From positions 124,001-188,000 of the IMG/VR virus record IMGVR_UViG_3300010885_025649: a stretch of 64,000 nucleotides of DNA; one strand, given 5' to 3'. The notes under the pieces were generated by a model. That model saw nothing but the letters and a program-made list of their open reading frames with translations, had not been told where the DNA came from and did not search any database. This document shows, in pieces, positions 57,225 through 64,000 of this stretch. Position 1 is the stretch's first letter. Every line of letters starts with the position of its first letter. Position numbers and translations under genes: made by a program.

Positions 57225-58514
57225 ATGGCAGACAAACTACCAGATTTGAAAATCCCAGTTGCCAGATTAGGTACATGGCACCACCCCCGTTATGGCAGAG
57301 TTTCCTTCCGCCAATCCGACTTCAATGACATGAAAAGGAACTTTACTAATAGTGAGGCGGGGTTTAAACCTTATTTAACTTATGGACATGTACAAGGTGC
57401 TCAGGAACATTTAGAGAAGTATCCACCTACAATAGATGGATCTATTTCTAGAGGCACTTTAAAAGAATTACTACAAGAAGGGGATGTATTATATGGAATC
57501 TTTATTCCAACAAATCAAACAATTGTTGATCAGATTAAAGAGTCTGGATACAGACATGCTTCTGGGGAATTTACAAGAGGTGCTATGTCCAAGAACAGTG
57601 GTCAGAATATTGGTACATTATTAACAGCAGTCGCATTAACCAACGCACCATACTTACCAAACTTACCTTTAGCAACAACGCTAAGCATAAGCACAGATTA
57701 CCCCAAGGATTTTATGCTAAGTTCTTATACAGATGAAGAAGTTCTAACCTATGGAGCTTCTGTTTTAGAAGAACTGTCAATGTTATTAAGCAGTAGTCAA
57801 ATAAACGAGGACAAAATGGATTTAAACGCAGTAAGAGTAGTCGAAGGCCACGAACAATTAGATGGAGTTATTAAGCCTCCAACACTAGACGGCCCTAACG
57901 TTCCTAAATATCCACCAAACGCAGACATGGCCCCAGTAGATTATCCAATCCTTCCTACTCAAGTACAGCAAGAAAATGTTACTACTTTGAGTGCGAATCC
58001 ATTTGCTGCCAAGCCTGCTGATGAAAAAGCTAAGGATAAAGATATGGAAGACAAACTTGAGAAAATGTCTGCAGCAATCGCAACATTAAGTAGTACTGTA
58101 GCTACATTATCTCAAGCCAACGCTAATTTACAGACCCAGTTAAGTAATACTCAGCAAGAAGCCTCAAGATTCACTCAGTATGAAAGAGAAGCTAATAGAG
58201 CAGCAATCAAATCTCAATTGTTATCTGAAGGTATTCCTTTAGGAATGGTTGAACAAGTATTTAGACTTGCTACCAGTTCATCTTCAAATACTATTAAGTT
58301 ATCTAATGGTGCCGACAGTGACTTATTTGCTTGGGGTGTTGACTTGTTAAGATCTATTCCTTCTACCATGAGAGTAAATCCTAGCCAAGTTGGTCAGCAA
58401 TTAAGTAGTAATGCCGTAGCTCAAGGTCAAGAAAACATCTTCGCAAAAGTGGTTAGTCCTGAGCATGCTGAAGCATTACGTAAAGTAAAGATTAATTATA
58501 ACGGAGTATACTAA
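57225..58514 (+). CDS. prohead protease/scaffold (Mu gpI-like)
   Basis: ARLGTWHHPRYG, H...,YRHASGEF, AVALTNAPYLPNL; coiled-coil C-terminus. Confidence 0.85.
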   Translation: MADKLPDLKIPVARLGTWHHPRYGRVSFRQSDFNDMKRNFTNSEAGFKPYLTYGHVQGAQEHLEKYPPTIDGSISRGTLKELLQEGDVLYGIFIPTNQTIVDQIKESGYRHASGEFTRGAMSKNSGQNIGTLLTAVALTNAPYLPNLPLATTLSISTDYPKDFMLSSYTDEEVLTYGASVLEELSMLLSSSQINEDKMDLNAVRVVEGHEQLDGVIKPPTLDGPNVPKYPPNADMAPVDYPILPTQVQQENVTTLSANPFAAKPADEKAKDKDMEDKLEKMSAAIATLSSTVATLSQANANLQTQLSNTQQEASRFTQYEREANRAAIKSQLLSEGIPLGMVEQVFRLATSSSSNTIKLSNGADSDLFAWGVDLLRSIPSTMRVNPSQVGQQLSSNAVAQGQENIFAKVVSPEHAEALRKVKINYNGVY

Positions 58515-58516
58515 CA

Positions 58517-59674
58517 ATGGCTGAATTAGCAACAGGCTTATATACACCATTTACTAGTCAAGGTGACATTCTACAAACGGGTACTACACAACTAACTGAA
58601 CTTGCCCGTTCTTACGAGCAGCTTGGTAGTAGTAGTGTTTTAGATATTTTCTTCCCTGTAAGAAATGTCCCAGAATATAGAGTTAATATTGAACGTAAGA
58701 AATTCGGTGTGGGACTTTCCCAATTAGTTGATCCAGTATCTCGTTCTAGTTTCTTGCCAAAAGCTAAGTTTGAAAGACTATCTGTAGAACCTTTAACTAT
58801 TAAAGAAGCAGGTACAATCTCTCAATACGATATCAACACTGCTCGTAGAGTTGGTACTTTGAATGAGACTGCTGGATTGCTAAACATTGTAGAATTAGTC
58901 CAAATGTTAGTTATGCGCAGAAACAACTTGTGGAACTTGTTAAAGTCTCAAGTATTACTTGGAACCATTAATTATAGTGATCCTTCAAGAGGTGTTACTA
59001 AAGTCATTTCCTCAGGTATTCCTTCTGGTAACTTTAGAGATATTGTTACTAACTATGGAGCTTCTGGAGCATGGTCTCAATTAGATACTGCTAGAGTGAT
59101 TAGTCAGTTGTTATTTGAATACACAAGATTGCTAGAATCTGGTAAGGCGCAACCTTCTCACATTATTATGCATCCTAGACTAGTAACTATTCTAACCATG
59201 AACCAAGAGATTCGTGAGTTAGGTTCTAGAGAATATCACACTCAAATGGGATTAGTTTCCTATGAGAATGGTAGATTAGCTGGGTTGGCAGGTTTGCGTA
59301 TTGTAGAACAGCAAGGTATTTATGAAGATCCTGCTGATAACACTGTAAAGAGTATTTGGCCTATTAACCAAGTAGTTATCATTTGTAAGACTTCTTTTGA
59401 TAGTTCAGCAATTGCTCCCACTGTAGGTAGAATGCACTATACATTATCTGAAGCTCCTGATGGACTTCCTGGAATGTATATTAGAGTTAGTCCTCCTAAC
59501 CAAATCCCTGAACCTCAAGGTATCTCTATTGAATTAGGTGATTCTGGATTGCCTTTCCTAGTGTATCCTGAATGGGTAGCTGTATTGACTGTTGATACTG
59601 CTGCTGCGCTTAACGCCATTATTCCTAGTGCTGTTGCGAATAACGTTGCAGTTCTTGGTCCTAACAGTAAGTAA
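58517..59674 (+). CDS. major capsid protein
   Basis: 385 aa after the protease; Phage_cap_E-like pattern (FFPVRNV, GTINY, PSHIIMHP, GLPFLVYPE). Confidence 0.85.
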   Translation: MAELATGLYTPFTSQGDILQTGTTQLTELARSYEQLGSSSVLDIFFPVRNVPEYRVNIERKKFGVGLSQLVDPVSRSSFLPKAKFERLSVEPLTIKEAGTISQYDINTARRVGTLNETAGLLNIVELVQMLVMRRNNLWNLLKSQVLLGTINYSDPSRGVTKVISSGIPSGNFRDIVTNYGASGAWSQLDTARVISQLLFEYTRLLESGKAQPSHIIMHPRLVTILTMNQEIRELGSREYHTQMGLVSYENGRLAGLAGLRIVEQQGIYEDPADNTVKSIWPINQVVIICKTSFDSSAIAPTVGRMHYTLSEAPDGLPGMYIRVSPPNQIPEPQGISIELGDSGLPFLVYPEWVAVLTVDTAAALNAIIPSAVANNVAVLGPNSK

Positions 59675-59694
59675 CAATAAGGTAGGTAAAACAA

Positions 59695-60330
59695 ATGCCA
59701 AATATCACATATCTGCAACAATTAGGTTCTGGCGATCAACAAAGAGTAAACTCCTTAGGTACTTCTTACGGTATGATCAGTGGTAACAGTGGGATTCTAA
59801 TTGGTCCTGAATGCAGCATTACTTCTAATGCTTTAACTGTTCCCGATCTTCAAATCAAGTTTGAAGGACTTGTATATTTTATTACTGGTGCTAACTACAC
59901 AACTACATCTGTACTTAATGGTTATGCTTCTGCTCCTGATACCCACTCTGGCGGATACAACGTTTATATTCACCCTAAGTTGGCAGCAACTGGGTCTGAA
60001 TTACTAGACGCCACCACTCCACTAGAAGTTAAGATTGCTAGCTTTGCGTTTGCAACATATCCTACAGGAACGTCAACCTATAACATAGCTAACGCCACTG
60101 GCCCTGCTGGTGTACTAGCAACCCTTCCTGGAAGTTATCCTGCTATTCAATATGATTCATTTAACACAGCGAATCCTATTCCTGAAGCTAACGTGTTTAC
60201 TTCTGATGCAGTCAATGGTACCCGTAGAATTAGATACTACTCTAGAGATATTCTATTGTGCAAAATCTATCTAAATGCTAGTGGACAAACTGTAGTAGTA
60301 GATAACAACGCAAGACAAGTCACAATCTAA
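59695..60330 (+). CDS. putative capsid decoration/structural protein
   Basis: Follows MCP; Ser/Thr/Gly-rich beta protein. Confidence 0.6.
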   Translation: MPNITYLQQLGSGDQQRVNSLGTSYGMISGNSGILIGPECSITSNALTVPDLQIKFEGLVYFITGANYTTTSVLNGYASAPDTHSGGYNVYIHPKLAATGSELLDATTPLEVKIASFAFATYPTGTSTYNIANATGPAGVLATLPGSYPAIQYDSFNTANPIPEANVFTSDAVNGTRRIRYYSRDILLCKIYLNASGQTVVVDNNARQVTI

Positions 60331-60348
60331 GCTAAACAATGCTATAGT

Positions 60349-60388
60349 ATGGGTGGTAGGGGGAGACCTTATCACCCATTTTTATTTA
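60349..60388 (+). terminator. intrinsic terminator
   Basis: ATGGGTGGTAGG-loop-CCTTATCACCCAT followed by TTTTTATTT. Confidence 0.75.
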
Positions 60389-60398
60389 GGAGTATTCT

Positions 60399-60800
60399 AT
60401 GTATTATGTAAAAGTATTAGTACCAATTCCAGAACAACCCTCTTGGGCTGTAGGAAAGATTATGCAAGTATCTGCTAGAAGTTATAATGAAATATTATCT
60501 GATCCTAAGCTAAGAGCTAAGTTTGAACCACAACCAGTTAAAATAGCTACACCTTCTTTAAGTACTAATACTTTAGATTACTTAATAGATACGTTAGCTC
60601 ATACTGCAGAACAACAAGTCACACAAACAATAGAACAAGAACTATCTCAAGTAGTAGCTGATATTGCTCCTGCAGTTAAACCAGTAGAAGATGTCATTGA
60701 TATTGTTAATAATCCTGTAAACGCAGTGGTATCAGAACTATTCCATCTTATAGATCCTAAGATTAAATCTCCTATAGATGATTTGATTAATCCTAAATAA
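60399..60800 (+). CDS. hypothetical structural-module protein
   Basis: 133 aa with AGGAG RBS. Confidence 0.7.
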   Translation: MYYVKVLVPIPEQPSWAVGKIMQVSARSYNEILSDPKLRAKFEPQPVKIATPSLSTNTLDYLIDTLAHTAEQQVTQTIEQELSQVVADIAPAVKPVEDVIDIVNNPVNAVVSELFHLIDPKIKSPIDDLINPK

Positions 60801-60817
60801 TAAGGATATAATATTAA

Positions 60818-62626
60818 ATGCAAGATATATCAAGGTTTAGACTTACAGTAAGTTTCCCAGATATAACATCTGGGTTAACTGTTACTGATATGCAATTAAC
60901 TATTAATATGGTACGTAGTCTAAACGTAGTATTTAGTAGTACAGTTAGTCCTACAGATGCTGAGATACAGAATATTATAGTTAACTTTGGAGACCCTCAA
61001 GTAGCAATCTACTTACAAGCTTGTCAAGATGTAAATGGAAAGTATTTATTTGCAGATTACAATTCTTTATCCGGTGCTCTACAGAATAACCAGAGTTTAA
61101 GAGATGGTTTAAGAGCAGCGACTGCTCATTTCTCTGCAGCTTATTTAATCAATTCTAAAGTTGGTCAGATTGAACAGCAACAAAAGATTGCTAAGCAGCA
61201 TGAAGATACAGCTATTAGAATACTAACCCTATTACTAAAACCACAAGTACTTACTACTATGAATACTTCTAGTAGTACTACAGGAACTGCTAGTGATTAT
61301 GTTAGTATGTATTTCTCCATGGCGCCTCAAGTAATCTTTAATAATAATATCCTAAATGATTTAGTTCCATATCCGTATATAACCTTAGTAAGAAATAAAC
61401 AGAGAGCACAAGCAGTATTAAACTACGGTGGTAGAGTAAGTACTGTTGAGTTTGCTAATGGTGATAATAGTATTGATATTATTAGTAAGATCTCAGATCA
61501 AATTAATAGTGAACCCAATCTAAACTTAATCACAGTACCGCATCAAGATAACGATACTCCTACTACTATAGTTAAGTTTGGTTATAGTTCTATTCAAGAC
61601 TTTAGTGCAGATCAACAAAGTATACTATTAAGTGCACAGAATTATATGCCTGTTAGTATCGATGAATTAAGAATTCATGGTAGATTATTAGATGCGCTAC
61701 AAGATACAGAAGCGGTTACAATATATCTACAAAGATTAACTAATGGCAAGGGGACAATAACCTTAGGCAGTAACACAAGTTTTGATAATATATATACAGT
61801 TACAGGAACCAGCACTTTATTTACCCAAGAAGTTAGTTTAGGCGATTCCATTATAGTTAATGGCAATACATATCAAGTAGTTAATATAACCAGTGATACA
61901 GACTTAGAGATAAAGAGTTTATCAGGAACTCCTAGTTTTACCGCAGCCAGTTATACAATACAAGAACCCGGAATACCAGAAGTAGTTTATGGAACACAAC
62001 ACGATTATAATACTTTAACTAAGACTGGACCTTATGGATTACTAATCAATATAACTAATTCTAATGGTACAGTAGTTACCACCAATACTAATGCTAATAG
62101 TGTAATTAATACATTCTATTTCAGCGGCACTACCACAGCCACGCGTACTTTACAATATAGAATATCTACGACTCCTAGTGGGGCAATACCTCCTCAAGGA
62201 ATCTATACAATAAATGTTACTACAGGCACTACTGCAGAGCAATTAGTATTATTATTACTTAATGATATTTACAGTAACAGAAACACTAATTTCCTTTTAG
62301 GAGCATTAACTAGTATCAGCACTGCTATACAAATGACAGGTTTCAGAAGAACAGATCCACAGTATCAATTAATCATAGATATATTAGTAGTACCTACAGG
62401 AATAACATTTGCTAGAGGTACTACAAGTGTTGTTAGAGGTTCTTTTAGTACAAGTGCTAAGAGTTTAATACTAGATACCTCTTTAGCTGCGGGTAATGTA
62501 AGTAATGATGTTAGTCCAAATACAGGAATTCCTGTAGGAACTTTAATATCTAAATATAAACCAAATAGTGATATGCAACGGGTATTAGATCGAATTAATG
62601 ATTCTTATGGATTACGAGGCTACTAA
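60818..62626 (+). CDS. putative head-tail connector/structural protein with beta-rich domains
   Basis: 602 aa; helical N-terminus, 'VTGTSTLFTQEVSLGDSI' virion-protein motif. Confidence 0.6.
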   Translation: MQDISRFRLTVSFPDITSGLTVTDMQLTINMVRSLNVVFSSTVSPTDAEIQNIIVNFGDPQVAIYLQACQDVNGKYLFADYNSLSGALQNNQSLRDGLRAATAHFSAAYLINSKVGQIEQQQKIAKQHEDTAIRILTLLLKPQVLTTMNTSSSTTGTASDYVSMYFSMAPQVIFNNNILNDLVPYPYITLVRNKQRAQAVLNYGGRVSTVEFANGDNSIDIISKISDQINSEPNLNLITVPHQDNDTPTTIVKFGYSSIQDFSADQQSILLSAQNYMPVSIDELRIHGRLLDALQDTEAVTIYLQRLTNGKGTITLGSNTSFDNIYTVTGTSTLFTQEVSLGDSIIVNGNTYQVVNITSDTDLEIKSLSGTPSFTAASYTIQEPGIPEVVYGTQHDYNTLTKTGPYGLLINITNSNGTVVTTNTNANSVINTFYFSGTTTATRTLQYRISTTPSGAIPPQGIYTINVTTGTTAEQLVLLLLNDIYSNRNTNFLLGALTSISTAIQMTGFRRTDPQYQLIIDILVVPTGITFARGTTSVVRGSFSTSAKSLILDTSLAAGNVSNDVSPNTGIPVGTLISKYKPNSDMQRVLDRINDSYGLRGY

Positions 62627-63843
62627 TGAAACCTTTAATATTAGGCTTAACTAAAATCAACTTTACTACTAACACCTTTCCAATAGTACAGTTTTATGGA
62701 ATTAACTTTACTAATATACAAACTATACAAGTTTATAATCTTAGTGGAATTACTTTTAATATAATTAAAGAATCTTTACAAGATAACTTCTTTGAAGCAG
62801 TTGCAGTAGTAGCTTTACCTAATGGCTATACGCCTGTATATGCAACGGGATATGTAACTGTAGTAAATAACTTAGGAGAAGAAAGTAATACAGTTCCTAT
62901 AAATATAACTAAGACTACAGATTTAATAACTACACAAGATTTAATCTATAATACTTTATTAGGATTAGCCAACAATCCTTTATTAACCAGTCCTCCATTT
63001 AAAAATGCTGATGGTACCGATCAATATCCTGATCCAGCCACTGGAAAGAATTATGTATTGTCCACCATTAGAGATTACGCAGGATTTGCTCCTGATCCGG
63101 GATTAACCCTATCTGTATATCCTTATTCAACTAGAGAGAATAAACTCTTACCAGCTATTACAACAAACACTGGGACCTATTATAAAGACTACACATTAGC
63201 AGGAAATAAAACTCTTGGACAATGTAAAGAGATAACCATGTTAGTAATTGAATTAAGATTAACTGGGCCGGCATTAGATAATCAAACTACTATAACAACA
63301 GCATCTGGAAAAGTAACACAGAAGTTAGACACATATGAAGGTGTAATAAGAGCTTACACAGAACTAATCAGAAGAATCTTACAGTATGATTTATTTGGGA
63401 TTAACAACTTAGCCAAAGCTACCACATTAATTAAAGTAGATTATAAGAGTTCTAGCCCTTTTACTGACTCAGGTATTTATTTCCACTTAGTAGAAATGTA
63501 TTGGGAAGTAGAATTGTTCAAGACTAATTATTATGCATATACAGTTCCTGCTACTACAATTGATATTCAGTATAGTTTAGATGATATCTACCCGAGTACT
63601 TTACCAGCTAACAGTATTATAACAATTACACAATTAGCAACTACCATACCATTACCAAGTCAGTGGTTACCAGGAAACACAACACAATACAACAGCAGCT
63701 TTACATTTATATATACAATAGGAGATCCTGGACTTGCAGGAGCTTTTACATCAGTTAATATAACTTGCCCAGATAATACAGGGTATTTATTATATTATGA
63801 CAACAGTGGTTTACTAATAAACAAGACTATTACAACAGGATAA
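62626..63843 (+). CDS. putative tail completion/structural protein
   Basis: 405 aa between the neck and sheath genes. Confidence 0.55.
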   Translation: MKPLILGLTKINFTTNTFPIVQFYGINFTNIQTIQVYNLSGITFNIIKESLQDNFFEAVAVVALPNGYTPVYATGYVTVVNNLGEESNTVPINITKTTDLITTQDLIYNTLLGLANNPLLTSPPFKNADGTDQYPDPATGKNYVLSTIRDYAGFAPDPGLTLSVYPYSTRENKLLPAITTNTGTYYKDYTLAGNKTLGQCKEITMLVIELRLTGPALDNQTTITTASGKVTQKLDTYEGVIRAYTELIRRILQYDLFGINNLAKATTLIKVDYKSSSPFTDSGIYFHLVEMYWEVELFKTNYYAYTVPATTIDIQYSLDDIYPSTLPANSIITITQLATTIPLPSQWLPGNTTQYNSSFTFIYTIGDPGLAGAFTSVNITCPDNTGYLLYYDNSGLLINKTITTG

Positions 63844-63847
63844 TCAT

Positions 63848-64000
63848 ATGGCAACCGACCAAAGAACTCCACGGGTATTAATTTCAGAACCAACTAATAC
63901 AATAGTTGCTCCACGTACGGTAAATTTAAACCGCATTGGAGTTTATGGCAGGTTTAGAAGAGGCCCTGCAAATACCCACACAACATTATCATCTAGAGAT
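63848..64000 (+). CDS. tail sheath protein, N-terminal fragment
   Basis: MATDQRTPRVLISE...IGVYGRFRRGPANT matches the sheath N-terminal pattern (PGV.I.E...G.F..GP.N). Confidence 0.7.
   Translation, partial: MATDQRTPRVLISEPTNTIVAPRTVNLNRIGVYGRFRRGPANTHTTLSSRD

Overview
A 64-kb segment of a large lytic tailed phage, probably a myovirus (tail-sheath N-terminus at the right edge). The host may be a cyanobacterium; this is inferred from the HNH type, the pentapeptide protein, the CAVNP-type Cys motifs and the LOV domain. There are three compositional blocks. (1) 1-11.9 kb is AT-rich and on the minus strand: HNH, metallophosphoesterase and a tandem array of about 40 translationally coupled 45-75 aa paralogues starting MT(Y/H)F, with IS200/IS605-type end remnants. 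(2) 12-40.4 kb is more GC-rich and on the minus strand: putative early/middle genes, two separate single-chain two-barrel RNA polymerase-like proteins (DFDGD; 1171 aa and 935 aa), structured ncRNA candidates, and an early region where almost every gene is bracketed by a conserved hairpin + CGACT(C/T)(T/C)TT(A/T)(T/C)T box. (3) 40.5-64 kb is AT-rich: a membrane-anchored canonical LOV photoreceptor, a 3188-aa PLD-like + DYDGD protein (candidate virion RNAP), a tail chaperone with a -1 frameshift, and a Mu-like portal/protease/capsid module. The standout is a candidate transcription cascade of three distinct two-barrel RNAPs with its own repeated promoter/terminator cassette, alongside a phage-encoded blue-light sensor. 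All family assignments come from motif recognition by eye; no searches were run.
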